Shown here: piece after piece, positions 1 to 9,993 of the stretch
Position numbering within the stretch: the first letter of the stretch is position 1
Layout of the letters: every line of letters starts with the position of its first letter
NCBI GenBank assembly: GCA_963752475.1
Contig: CAVVYR010000006.1
Location: 544,001-608,000 of the forward strand
Reading direction: 5' to 3'
Source of the DNA: an uncultured Chloroflexia bacterium
GTDB lineage: Bacteria; Chloroflexota; Limnocylindria; Limnocylindrales; CSP1-4
Length of the DNA stretch: 64,000 bases
Program-made: the position numbers and the translations under genes
Notes under the pieces: model-generated
Seen by the model: the letters and a program-made list of their open reading frames with translations, nothing else
Told to the model about the DNA's origin: nothing
Databases searched by the model: none

Positions 1-2
1 TC

Positions 3-992
3 GCCGAGTACGACATCAGCTGCTACGCGGTCCGTGGTGAGGACAACGAGACCTACTACGAGCACCTCAACGCGGCCGCGGACACGCACCCGCACATCAC
101 CATGGATGACGGCTGCGATCTCGTCGCACTGTTGCACAAGGAGCGCCCCGACCAGCTGTCGGAGATCATCGCCGGCACCGAGGAGACGACCACCGGCGTC
201 ATCCGCCTCAAGGCCATGGCCAACGACGATGCGCTCGAGTTCCCGGTCCTGGCCGTCAACGAGGCCCAGACCAAGCACCTCTTCGACAACCGCTACGGCA
301 CCGGCCAGTCCACCATCGACGGCATCCTGCGCGCGACGAACTACCTGCTCGCGGGGCGCCGCTGCGTCGTGGCCGGCTACGGCTGGGTGGGTCGTGGCAT
401 CGCCAACCGCCTCAGCGGCATGGGTGCCCGTGTCACGATCGTGGAGGTCGACCCGGTCCCGGCCGTGGAGGCCCTGATGGACGGCCACCAGGTCATGACC
501 GCCGGCGACGCCGCGGCGTGGGGCGAGATCTTCGTCACCGCTACCGGCAACCTCAACGTCTTCCGTGAAGAGCACTTTCGCGTCATGCAGGACGGGGCCG
601 TGCTCAGCAACTCCGGTCACTTCGACGCGGAGCTCGAGCTGGCGGCCCTCGAGCGGCTGGCCGAAGGTCACGTCCGCGAGGCCCGCGAGAACGTCAGGGA
701 GTACGACCTCGGCGAGAAGAAGCTGTACCTGCTGGCCGAAGGCCGCCTGGTCAACCTCGGCGCAGCCGAGGGCCATCCAGCGGCGGTCATGGACATGAGC
801 TTCGCCGGCCAGGCGTTGGCGGCCGAGTACGTCGCTGCCAACCACGCCTCGCTGGGCAACGAGGTCCACGTCCTGCCCCAAGAGCTCGACAAGCGGATCG
901 CACGGCTCAAGCTGGAGTCGCGCGGGGTCTTCATCGAGGACATGACGCCGGAGCAGACGGAGTACTACAACTCCTGGAAGCAGGGCACCTGA
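3..992 (+). CDS. ahcY: S-adenosyl-L-homocysteine hydrolase (5'-truncated by window edge)
   Basis: Motifs DDGCDL, EETTTG, KHLFDNRYGTGQS, GYGWVGRG, GHFD and EGRLVNLGAAEGHP; the frame is open from base 3. Confidence 0.97.
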   Translation, partial: AEYDISCYAVRGEDNETYYEHLNAAADTHPHITMDDGCDLVALLHKERPDQLSEIIAGTEETTTGVIRLKAMANDDALEFPVLAVNEAQTKHLFDNRYGTGQSTIDGILRATNYLLAGRRCVVAGYGWVGRGIANRLSGMGARVTIVEVDPVPAVEALMDGHQVMTAGDAAAWGEIFVTATGNLNVFREEHFRVMQDGAVLSNSGHFDAELELAALERLAEGHVREARENVREYDLGEKKLYLLAEGRLVNLGAAEGHPAAVMDMSFAGQALAAEYVAANHASLGNEVHVLPQELDKRIARLKLESRGVFIEDMTPEQTEYYNSWKQGT

Positions 993-1015
993 AGACCCGA
1001 TAGCATCGCTACACG

Positions 1016-1047
1016 GAAGGCCGGCACCTGAGGAGGAGCCGGCCTTC
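1016..1047. terminator. Probable bidirectional terminator hairpin
   Basis: Perfect 10-bp stem GAAGGCCGGC/GCCGGCCTTC between convergent stop codons (992 and 1056). Confidence 0.6.
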
Positions 1048-1055
1048 TTCCTGGT

Positions 1056-1784
1056 CTAGAAGGGCCGCAGCAGTCGGGTCATCGACCCACCGCCGGCGAC
1101 GCGCTTGGTCTTCTCGAGCAGTTCGGCGCCACCGGCCCACTCGGCTTGGTGCTCGCGCTTGAGGCGCTTCTCCTCGGCCACCATCGTGGTCCACAGCTTG
1201 GGGTAGTGGTCGCGCAGGTACTCGCTCGAGCGGTAGCGCGCCATGAGCTCGCTGACGAAGGCCGCGTAGCGTGTGACCGGGTCGGTGTCCGCGGCCAGCT
1301 TCTCGAACTCGTGCTGGTAGCCGGCGGCGGCCCGGAAGCGACCGAAGAAGCCGCCGACGCTGTGGGCACCGGTGTCCCATCCCTGGGAGTGTCCTCCACG
1401 TCGCAGCAGGGGAGCGGGTGACTCGAAGACGCAGATGACCTCGCCGCCGACGCGGTCTGCTCGGAGCTTGCCGCCGAAGGAGAGGTAGCGGTTGGCCACG
1501 CCCTTGCGGTCGCTGACGGTGATGCGTCCCCAGGAGAACGTCGTCTCGCGTGGCAGCCGGCTGGCATAGGTCAACGTCTCGCGCACGCCGAACCCGCGAG
1601 CTCCGGTGACCCAGTACTCGACGAGCTCAGGGTCGTAGTGCTTGAACGTGGGCTTGGCCCGGATGGCGACGAGCAGGAACGCCGGACCCGGACGGTCGGG
1701 CAGGTCGGGATCGGCAAGGAACCCCCAGTCGGCCAGCAGCTCCGACGCGAGCCGCGGATCTATGGAGGACGGGAGATCGGCCAT
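1056..1784 (-). CDS. Hypothetical protein (242 aa)
   Basis: Fills the ahcY-metK gap with protein-like composition; no family recognised. Confidence 0.7.
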   Translation of the reverse strand: MADLPSSIDPRLASELLADWGFLADPDLPDRPGPAFLLVAIRAKPTFKHYDPELVEYWVTGARGFGVRETLTYASRLPRETTFSWGRITVSDRKGVANRYLSFGGKLRADRVGGEVICVFESPAPLLRRGGHSQGWDTGAHSVGGFFGRFRAAAGYQHEFEKLAADTDPVTRYAAFVSELMARYRSSEYLRDHYPKLWTTMVAEEKRLKREHQAEWAGGAELLEKTKRVAGGGSMTRLLRPF

Positions 1785-1944
1785 CGACGCTCAGGATGCG
1801 CCCCCAAGTCGGGCAGGGGCACGGCCATCAGGCCCCTAATGGGCGGTCCTCGGGCCCGAGCCGGAGGTCACGGGACCACGGAACGATGGGCGCCGAGGTG
1901 CGTGCTACGCTTCCGCCGACCCCACGACAGGAGAGCGCCACTTC

Positions 1945-3126
1945 ATGACGAGCAACGCCGGTTCCGGCACCTACCTCTTCACCTCGGAGTCGGTCACCGA
2001 AGGCCATCCCGACAAGATGTGCGACCAGATCTCGGACGCCATCCTCGATGCCATCATCGAGGACACGCGGGAGCACAAGTTCCCGCATCCGCGCGTGGCC
2101 GTGGAGACCGCCACCACGACGGGCCTGGTGCTGGTCCTGGGCGAGGTCTCGACCGACGGCTATGTCGAGTTCCAGTCCATCGTGCGCGACACCGTTCGCG
2201 ACATCGGCTACACACGCTCGGAGCTGGGCTTCGACCACGAGACCTGCGGCACGATGGTCTCGGTCAAGGAGCAGTCTGGCGACATCGCCATGGGCGTGGA
2301 CGGGGCCGAGCTCGGGGCCGGCGACCAGGGCATGATGTTCGGCTTCGCCTGCCGCGAGACGCCGGAGCTGATGCCGTTGCCCATCGCGCTGGCCCACCGC
2401 ATGTCGCGCCGCCTGTCCGAGGTGCGCAAGAGCAACCAGCTGCACTACCTGCGACCCGACGGCAAGACGCAGGTCACCGTCGAGTACGAGGATGGGAAGC
2501 CCGCACGCGTGGGCACGGTCGTGGTCTCCACCCAGCACGACCCCGATATCCGCACCGAACGCCTGCGCGACGACGTCATCGAGGCGGTCATCCTGCCCAG
2601 CATCGAGCCAGAGCTGCGCTCGACCGATCCGCTGATGCACGTCAACCCCACCGGTCGCTTCGTCATCGGCGGACCCATGGGTGACGCCGGGCTCACCGGT
2701 CGCAAGATCATCGTCGATACCTACGGCGGCTACGCCCGTCACGGCGGCGGTGCCTTCAGCGGCAAGGATCCGACGAAGGTCGACCGCTCGGCCGCGTACG
2801 CCGCACGCTGGGTGGCCAAGAACGTGGTCGCCGCCGGCCTCGCCGATCGTTTCGAGGTCGAGCTGGCCTACGGCATCGGCATCCCCGAGCCGGTCAGCAT
2901 CTCGGTCGAATCGTTTGGCACCGGCGTCATCGACGACGCCGAGATCCAGACGCTCATCGAGCGTCACTTCGACCTGCGTCCGGGCGGCATCATCAACGCC
3001 CTCGACCTGTGGCGGCCGATCTACCAGCAGACCGCGGCCTATGGCCACTTCGGTCGCGAGGATCTGGACCTGCCCTGGGAGCGCACGGACAAGGCCCAGC
3101 TGCTCAAGGACGACGCCGACATCTAG
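1945..3126 (+). CDS. metK: S-adenosylmethionine synthetase
   Basis: [28 protein letters not shown] and AAYGHFGR motifs; AGGAG RBS. Confidence 0.98.
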   Translation: MTSNAGSGTYLFTSESVTEGHPDKMCDQISDAILDAIIEDTREHKFPHPRVAVETATTTGLVLVLGEVSTDGYVEFQSIVRDTVRDIGYTRSELGFDHETCGTMVSVKEQSGDIAMGVDGAELGAGDQGMMFGFACRETPELMPLPIALAHRMSRRLSEVRKSNQLHYLRPDGKTQVTVEYEDGKPARVGTVVVSTQHDPDIRTERLRDDVIEAVILPSIEPELRSTDPLMHVNPTGRFVIGGPMGDAGLTGRKIIVDTYGGYARHGGGAFSGKDPTKVDRSAAYAARWVAKNVVAAGLADRFEVELAYGIGIPEPVSISVESFGTGVIDDAEIQTLIERHFDLRPGGIINALDLWRPIYQQTAAYGHFGREDLDLPWERTDKAQLLKDDADI

Positions 3127-3157
3127 CCACGCGACTCGGCGCTCCGGCCCCGGCCTC

Positions 3158-4249
3158 TCAGGGGACCTCGGCCACGGCCTCCCGCGCGATGTCGAGGTAG
3201 CGGTCGACGGTCTTGCGCATGCTCAGCTCGCGAGCCAATCGCCGCACGCCCGGGTCGGGGTCCTGGAGGGGCTTGGCCAGGAGCTCGCTGATGGCGGAGC
3301 CGAGCGGCCACGCCTCGCCAGCGGGACCGAAGAAGTTGAGCGCACCCGGCACTCGTCGGGCGTACTCGCGAGTACCGGGCAGGTCCGACACGAGCATCGG
3401 CTTGCCAGATGAGATCCACGAGGACATCGAGCCCGAGGCCGAGAGGTCGGTGAAGGGCAGGATGGCCAGGTGTGTGGCCGCCATCCAGATGCCCATCTCC
3501 TCCTCGCTGAGGTAGCCGGTGATGCGGAAGCGGTCGCCCAGACCCAGCTCCTCCGCCTTGCTGCGGGCCAGATCGTAGACGAAGGTGCGTCCCTCGATGG
3601 GGCCACCGGCGTAGACCATGATCGCGTCATCGGGCATGTAGGGCACCGCCTCGACGGCGTAGCGATGGCCCTTGCGGCCGTAGACGAATCCGAGCAGCGT
3701 GACCAGCCGGCGGTCGCCGATGCCGAGTCGGGCCCGTGCTTCCTGCGGTGACACGGGCAGCTCGCGCGACTCCACGAAGTGCGGGATGACCCGCAGCTTC
3801 TCTACCGGCACGATGCCGCGCAGGCGCTCGACCTCGATCTGCGAGTGGACCACGACGCGGTCCGCCGTTCGCCCCAGCTGTCGCAGACCCCAGACGTCAG
3901 GATGTGCATAGCGCGCACGGAAGCCGGTGCGGTCGAAGACGTCGTGCATCGTGACCACCAGCGCGCCCTTGTACGCCCGTCGGAAGCGCATCAGCCGCGG
4001 CAGGGCCCGGCCGTGCTTGCCCCAGCCGCGTTTGTTCCACTGCATGAGCACGACGTCGCAGTCGGCGAGCTGCGCGGCCACCTCCGCGAGTTGCTCCGAC
4101 GACTGGTCCACGCGCCCGGCCTCGACCTCGGTGATCTCGAGGCCCTCGCGGGTGCGGGCCTCGTCGGCGATGAGCTGCCCGTAGCGACGGACGCCGCTCT
4201 CGGGACGCCCGAGGTGGAGGAACCCCAGGTCGCGCAGCTCAGCGGTCAT
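3158..4249 (-). CDS. GT4-family glycosyltransferase
   Basis: GT-B features: VVTMHD, IPHF, GFVYGRKG, SASG and KPMLVSD. Confidence 0.85.
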   Translation of the reverse strand: MTAELRDLGFLHLGRPESGVRRYGQLIADEARTREGLEITEVEAGRVDQSSEQLAEVAAQLADCDVVLMQWNKRGWGKHGRALPRLMRFRRAYKGALVVTMHDVFDRTGFRARYAHPDVWGLRQLGRTADRVVVHSQIEVERLRGIVPVEKLRVIPHFVESRELPVSPQEARARLGIGDRRLVTLLGFVYGRKGHRYAVEAVPYMPDDAIMVYAGGPIEGRTFVYDLARSKAEELGLGDRFRITGYLSEEEMGIWMAATHLAILPFTDLSASGSMSSWISSGKPMLVSDLPGTREYARRVPGALNFFGPAGEAWPLGSAISELLAKPLQDPDPGVRRLARELSMRKTVDRYLDIAREAVAEVP

Positions 4250-4269
4250 CGTTCGGGGTCGGTACGCGG

Positions 4270-5319
4270 TCAGTCGTCGTCGTAGCCGAGCTGCCGCAAC
4301 AGGTCGCCTGCTTCGGCGTCGATCTCGGCCATCTCGGACGGGTAGAAGGTGGAGCGCCAGGTACCTACCGACGAGTCATCGGCCCGCATCGTGGCCGAGA
4401 CGAAGGCGTCCCGTGACTTCTGGCGCTCGACGCCCAGGAAGTCGAGGATCCTCTCGGCCTCGTCGACCGGTTGCCGCACGAGATCCTCGTAGCGCAGTTC
4501 GTGGTAGCGCTCGCTGCCCAGCTCCTGGCCATCCCGCAGACCGGCTTCGGTGTAACGGCGCCAGGCCCAGGCCATGCGACGGGCGTCGCTCGCCTGCAGG
4601 AACTGGTCACGCCGGTCTTCCTCGACCCAGAAGCTGGGCCAGGGGCCGTGGAGGTAGCCGCCCGGCTCGCGCTCCCCGGACCAGGCATCTTCTGCGCGCA
4701 GCCAGGGCTTGTGCATGTGCGAGCTGGACGCGTCTCGGCCATCGCGGATGATGTGGAGGAACTGGCTGTCGGGGAAAGCCTTGGCCAGGAAGGGGATGAG
4801 GAAGATGTTGGTGGGCGTCTTCTCGGCAAAGCGCAGGTCGCCGTCTCGCTCCACGCGGACCAGCCAGCGATAGACCAGCCGGAAGAACTCGCGCGAGCGG
4901 CGGTAGCCCCACAGGCCCTGATAGACGTAGCGACCAGCGGCCTTGGTCGCCGGCGGCTCGTGGTGGTACGTCACCTCCGGCAGGCGGCCGATGCAATCGC
5001 CCAGGAAGGTCGTGCCGGAGCGTGCGGCGCCGATGATGAAGACGGAACGCTTGAGCGAGGGAAAGATCGAGCTAGAGAGCCGCTTCGAAGTCATCGGGCG
5101 GTGCCGGTCGAGCTTGAGGTAGTAGCGACGCTCGGCCCGGTAGGTCTTGCGCGCGATGCGCCACATGTCGGTGATGCCGATGGGCAGCGGCTCCGGGTTG
5201 GCATCCGGTGGGACGCTTGGGTTCAATCCGCGCGGAGGTCGGTCGTCGACCGGCGGGGTCGTCTGCGCCTCCTCGGCGGGCTTCGCGGTCGTCGGTTCCT
5301 CTGTCACGCTGTCGGTCAC
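4270..5319 (-). CDS. PAPS-dependent sulfotransferase
   Basis: 5'-PSB motif GAARSGTT, EKTP, 3'-PB motif IIRDGRD and LRYEDLV; the GTG start at 5319 is inferred. Confidence 0.88.
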   Translation of the reverse strand: MTDSVTEEPTTAKPAEEAQTTPPVDDRPPRGLNPSVPPDANPEPLPIGITDMWRIARKTYRAERRYYLKLDRHRPMTSKRLSSSIFPSLKRSVFIIGAARSGTTFLGDCIGRLPEVTYHHEPPATKAAGRYVYQGLWGYRRSREFFRLVYRWLVRVERDGDLRFAEKTPTNIFLIPFLAKAFPDSQFLHIIRDGRDASSSHMHKPWLRAEDAWSGEREPGGYLHGPWPSFWVEEDRRDQFLQASDARRMAWAWRRYTEAGLRDGQELGSERYHELRYEDLVRQPVDEAERILDFLGVERQKSRDAFVSATMRADDSSVGTWRSTFYPSEMAEIDAEAGDLLRQLGYDDD

Positions 5320-5392
5320 GCTCGTCGTCTTCCTGCCTCTCGTCCCGGGGGGTCTCGGCGGATGATAGCCCGCCTCATGCACAATCGTCGGT

Positions 5393-6490
5393 ATGTACGC
5401 CGTCATCATGGCCGGCGGGGGCGGAACGCGGCTCTGGCCGCTGAGCCGCTCTCGCCGCCCCAAGCCATTCCTGCCCCTCCTCGAAGGCAATCGCACCCTG
5501 CTCGAAGCAGCCGTCAGCCGGCTAGCGCCGCTGATCGCGCCCGAGGATGTCTTCGTCGTCACCGATACCCGCTACGCGTCGCTGGTGCAGGAGGTGGCAC
5601 CGCAGGTGCCCGCCGCCAACATCATCGGCGAGCCCTTCGGGCGTAACACCGCTGCAGCGGTCGCGCTCATGGCTCACGCCATCGACCGTCCGGCCGACGA
5701 GGTCATGGTGGTCCTGCCGGCCGATCCCGCCATCGGGGACGAAGAGGGCTTCCGTGATGGACTCGCCGCCGCCGCCGAGCGCGCGGCCGACGGCGACCTC
5801 GTGACCCTCGGCGTCGAGCCGACGGAGCCCTCGACGGGCTATGGCTATGTCCGCTCCACCGGCGAGGCCAGCGAGCACGCCGGCCGACCGACGTTCCGCG
5901 TCGAGCGGTTCGAGGAGAAGCCCACGCCCGAGCGGGCCCGCGAGCTCATCGCTTCCCGCTCGGCCTACTGGAACGCAGGCATCTTCGTCTGGCAGCGCTC
6001 GGCCGCGATCGCGGGATTGGGGGCCTACTCGGCCGATATCAGCGACCCCATCCGCGACTGGTGCGCAGACAACCACTCCAGCGGCGAGGCCGGCTGGCCC
6101 GGCGCGGCCATGGCCGAGACCTACCAGGACCTGCGCGACACGTCGATCGACTACGCCCTGCTGGAGCCGGCTTCGTTGGAAGCGAAGGTGGCGGTGGTGC
6201 CCATCTCGGTCGGCTGGAGCGATCTCGGCTCGTGGTCCGCGTTGCGTGATCATCGAGCGACCGACGGCGCCGCCGTCATCTCCACCGAGGGTGATGCTCG
6301 CGTCATCGACGTCGACGGCCAGGACGTGCTGGTGCACGCGGCCGGCGGGCGCATGGTGGCCACGGTCGGCCTCGCGGGCGTGATCGTCGTCGACACGCCG
6401 GAGGCGTTGCTGGTCATCTCGGCCGACGCGGCGCAGGACGTGAAGAAGGTCGTCAACCAGCTGAAGGACGAGAAGAGCGACCTGCTCTAA
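5393..6490 (+). CDS. manC: Mannose-1-phosphate guanylyltransferase
   Basis: IMAGGGGTRLWPLSR, EPFGRNTA, TGYGY, FEEKP, WNAGIF and WSDLGSW. Confidence 0.93.
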   Translation: MYAVIMAGGGGTRLWPLSRSRRPKPFLPLLEGNRTLLEAAVSRLAPLIAPEDVFVVTDTRYASLVQEVAPQVPAANIIGEPFGRNTAAAVALMAHAIDRPADEVMVVLPADPAIGDEEGFRDGLAAAAERAADGDLVTLGVEPTEPSTGYGYVRSTGEASEHAGRPTFRVERFEEKPTPERARELIASRSAYWNAGIFVWQRSAAIAGLGAYSADISDPIRDWCADNHSSGEAGWPGAAMAETYQDLRDTSIDYALLEPASLEAKVAVVPISVGWSDLGSWSALRDHRATDGAAVISTEGDARVIDVDGQDVLVHAAGGRMVATVGLAGVIVVDTPEALLVISADAAQDVKKVVNQLKDEKSDLL

Positions 6491-7563
6491 CGAGCGGCTG
6501 CAGCTCGATACAGGCCCGCGTAGCGGTCCACCACGCGCGTCGTCGAGAGGCGGCGCGCCAGGGCTTCCACGTGCGGGTCGGGCTCGTCGCCGGCCACGGT
6601 CAGGGCGGCCTCGATGGCGAGTGCCAGCTGCTCGGACTTGTACGGCGTGAACGAGTGGAACGCACCTGGCTCCATCGCGCCCAGCTCCCGGAACTGCGGC
6701 AGGTCGGAGGTGACGATGGGCCGGCCGGCCGAGATGAGCGTGGCCAACGCCCCCGAGGCCGACATCGAGCGGTAGGGCGCAAGGGCCACATCGGTGGCGG
6801 CCAGCACACGCTCCAGCTCTTCCTCGGGCACGAAGCCCATGAAGCGGGTCCGGTCCTCGACACCGTTCTTGAGCGCGTACTCCTTGAACTGGTCGACCAT
6901 GTACTCGCGGCCACGCAACGGGGCGCCCACGAAGAGGGCGTGGACGTCATCGGGCAGCTGGCGCAGGGCCTCGATGACCAGCTTGTGGCCGCGGCGCTTG
7001 ATCATGTGGCCCAGCAGGGTGATGACCCGCTTGTCGGTCAGGTCGAGCGAGGCACGTGAGGCTTCACGGTCGGGCAGGGCCGCTCGCTGCTCGACGAAGT
7101 GCGGCACGACCTCGACCTTGGCATCGGGCACTCGTCCGGCCAGCCGGCCGCGCTCCTCCTCCGAGTGGACCACCACGCTCGAGGCGGCCATGCCGAGGCG
7201 GCGCAGGCCCAGGGCCTCGGGCGTGATCGTGCGCTGCCAGCGGTTCTCCGGCGCGTAGACATCGTGGAGCGTGAAGATCGTGGGGCGACCCATCGAGCGC
7301 AGAGCGACCTCCAGCCGTGGGATGCCCCCGAGGCGCGGGTTCCAGTCAGCCACCTTCCACTGGATGTGCACGACATCGACGTCGCTCACTCGTCGACAGG
7401 CCCGACGCAGGTCGGACCAGGACGCACCGCGGTCGCCGATGTCGCTCTCGATGACTTCGATGTCCGGACGGGTCGCGGCCTCCGCGGCGAGGATTGCGCC
7501 ATAGCGTCGCAGCCCGCTGCGCTCGCGGCCGACGTGGAGGAACCCGACTCGGATCGGCTTCAT
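6487..7563 (-). CDS. GT4-family glycosyltransferase (paralog of 3158..4249)
   Basis: FLHVGRERSGLRRYG, TLHD, VPHFVE, SASG and RPIVTSD. Confidence 0.85.
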   Translation of the reverse strand: MKPIRVGFLHVGRERSGLRRYGAILAAEAATRPDIEVIESDIGDRGASWSDLRRACRRVSDVDVVHIQWKVADWNPRLGGIPRLEVALRSMGRPTIFTLHDVYAPENRWQRTITPEALGLRRLGMAASSVVVHSEEERGRLAGRVPDAKVEVVPHFVEQRAALPDREASRASLDLTDKRVITLLGHMIKRRGHKLVIEALRQLPDDVHALFVGAPLRGREYMVDQFKEYALKNGVEDRTRFMGFVPEEELERVLAATDVALAPYRSMSASGALATLISAGRPIVTSDLPQFRELGAMEPGAFHSFTPYKSEQLALAIEAALTVAGDEPDPHVEALARRLSTTRVVDRYAGLYRAAAAR

Positions 7564-8357
7564 GCGGTGTAGCCCAGCTCGCGCAACAGGTCGCCATGGC
7601 GCCGACGGAGGATCGTGCGCAGGACGGGGTCGAGCGAGTCCTTGCCCGTGCCCACGCGTGAGCGGTAGATCGTGCGGTCGTCATCGCCCGCCTCGCGCTG
7701 CTGGGCGCTGAACCACTGGTAGCGGTCGGTGGCGCTGTGCTCGGCCGGATCGAACTCGAGCACGGACGCATCCCACGGCTCGCCGAGGAACTCGAACAGA
7801 CGTCGTCCCTGGGTCTCGGGGTCGTCGACGAGCTCCTCATAGCGGAGTTCCAGGAAGCGATCGCCTGGCAGCCGCGTCCCGAGCTCGCGGGCGGCGCTGA
7901 CATAACGGGCCCACTCGGTCCGTGCGGCTCGGGCGGCCGACTTGTAGCCCCAGCGGTCGCGGAAGCTGGCGACGACGTCGTGGCCGTCACGGAGCAGGTG
8001 GACATAGAGGGCGGTCGGGAACAGCTCCTCGATGAAGGGCAGGTGGAGCGTGTAGGTGGGGTCCTTCTCGGCCCAGCGGGACTTGCCGCTGCGGGCGAGG
8101 ACCTCCGCCTGGAACGTGGTGTAGAGGCCGCGGAGATGGTCGATCCACCAATCACGTGAGAGGCCGTAGGTCGCGACCAGGTCCCAGTTCCGTCCTACCA
8201 CCGACTCGAGATCACGCAGGAAGTGCGTCTCCTCGCCGCAGGAGATGTCAGGGTGCGAGTCGAGGATGAGCCGCAGCAAGGTGGTCCCGGAGCGAGGTGA
8301 GCCGATGACGAAGATCGGCGCCGGAGCGGCCGCGTCGGAGGCGACCGAAGCCGCCAT
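7560..8357 (-). CDS. PAPS-dependent sulfotransferase
   Basis: GSPRSGTTLL, WAEKDP, LLRDGHDVVAS and LRYEELV; start is ATG 8357 or GTG 8384. Confidence 0.9.
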   Translation of the reverse strand: MAASVASDAAAPAPIFVIGSPRSGTTLLRLILDSHPDISCGEETHFLRDLESVVGRNWDLVATYGLSRDWWIDHLRGLYTTFQAEVLARSGKSRWAEKDPTYTLHLPFIEELFPTALYVHLLRDGHDVVASFRDRWGYKSAARAARTEWARYVSAARELGTRLPGDRFLELRYEELVDDPETQGRRLFEFLGEPWDASVLEFDPAEHSATDRYQWFSAQQREAGDDDRTIYRSRVGTGKDSLDPVLRTILRRRHGDLLRELGYTA

Positions 8358-8508
8358 ACCCGCCTCGTTCGTGTCGCCCGCCACGTGCTCCCTTTCGATC
8401 CGGTGTCTCATACGCAAGTCTAGCCCCGGCTCGCTGTACCATTCCGGATGCGTGGCGCCCCGCACTACGGGGCATCGGCGAGGTAAGGCGAGAGGAGGGC
8501 AAGCGCCC

Positions 8509-9981
8509 GTGTCCGAAACACCGCCTGCGGTGCCATCCATCGTCTTCGGGACCGATGGCTGGCGAGCCCGCATCGGCGAGGATTACACCTACGACAACGT
8601 CCGCCGATGCGCTCAAGGCGTAGCCGAGTGGGTCATCACGGAAGGCACGCAGGCGAACGGCATCGTCGTGGGCTACGACCGCCGCTTCAGCAGCGAGCAC
8701 TTCGCGATCGCCGCGGCAGAGGTGATCCTGGCTCACGACATCCCCGTGATGTTCGCGACCGAGGCCATCCCCACGCAGGTCACCTCGTACGAGGTCGTGG
8801 AGCGTGGCGCCGCCTGCGCCATCGTCATCACCGCCTCGCACAACCCCTGGACAGACAACGGCTTCAAGATCAAGTCGCCCACCGGCGCCGCGGCGCACCC
8901 CGGCATCCTCGCCGCGGTGGAGGAGTCCATCGCCGCCAACGCCGCCGGCACCCCACCGCGCAAGCCGTGGGACGAGGCCGAAGCCGCCGGCCAGATCGAG
9001 TACCTCGATCCGTTCGCGGGCTACGAGCGCTTCGTGCGCCGGTCGCTCGACCTCGACAAGCTCAAGGCGGCCCACATGCGTGTGCTGGTCGACCCGCTGT
9101 ATGGCTCCGGCGCCGGCTGGACCAGCCGGCTCCTCGCGGGCGGCAAGATCGTCGTCGACGAGATCCACAGCGAGCGCAACCCCTGGTTCGGTGGGGTCAA
9201 CCCGGAGCCCATCCGGCCGCACGTGGACGAGGCCCTGGCGCGTGTCCGTGACGGTGGCTATGACCTGGGCCTGCTGCTCGACGGCGATGCCGACCGCGCC
9301 GGTGCGGTCGACGAGAACGGCGTCTTCATCCACCAGCTGCAGTGCTACGGCCTGCTGGCGTACTACATGCTCGAGCACCTCGGTCAGCGTGACCCCCTGG
9401 TCACGACCGTGAACGAGACCTCGATGGCCTTCCGACTCGGTGAGCGGTACGGGGTGGATGTGTACGAGACGCCGGTCGGCTTCAAGTACGTCGGGCCCAA
9501 GATGATCGAGACCGACGCCATGATGGGCGGTGAGGAGTCCGGCGGCTACGGCTTCAAGATGCACCTGCCCGAGCGTGACGGCATCTACGCCGACCTGCTC
9601 CTGCTCGACCTCTTCATCCGCGAGCGCGAGGCCGGACGCTCGACCGTGTCGGAGGCGGTAGCGCACCTGCACGAGGTCGCCGGCCCGTCGTTCTACCTGC
9701 GCACGGACGTGCACACGGACCGGGCTTCCTATCCCGCGCTCAAGGCGCGCCTGCTGGCCGAGCTCGGTGACCACGCTCCCGAGGCGCTCGGCGGACGTCC
9801 TCTCGACCGCGTCGTGGCGCTCGACACCGGCGACGGCTTCAAGTTCTGGGTCGACGACGGCTCATGGCTGCTGGTGCGCTTCAGCGGCACCGAACCGCTG
9901 GTGCGGGTCTACGCCGAAGCCAGCAGTGAGCGACTGCGCGATGCCCTCCTCGCCGAGGGCGACAAGATGGTCAACGGCTAG
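8509..9981 (+). CDS. Phosphomannomutase/phosphoglucomutase family protein
   Basis: FGTDGWR, TASHNP, DGDADR, GEESGG and RFSGTEP; GTG start after GGAGG. Confidence 0.95.
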   Translation: MSETPPAVPSIVFGTDGWRARIGEDYTYDNVRRCAQGVAEWVITEGTQANGIVVGYDRRFSSEHFAIAAAEVILAHDIPVMFATEAIPTQVTSYEVVERGAACAIVITASHNPWTDNGFKIKSPTGAAAHPGILAAVEESIAANAAGTPPRKPWDEAEAAGQIEYLDPFAGYERFVRRSLDLDKLKAAHMRVLVDPLYGSGAGWTSRLLAGGKIVVDEIHSERNPWFGGVNPEPIRPHVDEALARVRDGGYDLGLLLDGDADRAGAVDENGVFIHQLQCYGLLAYYMLEHLGQRDPLVTTVNETSMAFRLGERYGVDVYETPVGFKYVGPKMIETDAMMGGEESGGYGFKMHLPERDGIYADLLLLDLFIREREAGRSTVSEAVAHLHEVAGPSFYLRTDVHTDRASYPALKARLLAELGDHAPEALGGRPLDRVVALDTGDGFKFWVDDGSWLLVRFSGTEPLVRVYAEASSERLRDALLAEGDKMVNG

Positions 9982-9993
9982 GAGGGGCGCTCG

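Noticed and set aside
1785-1944. SAM or SAH riboswitch upstream of metK
   Set aside because: No recognisable consensus, and an extended -10 (TGCTACGCT) near 1903 leaves only a short leader.
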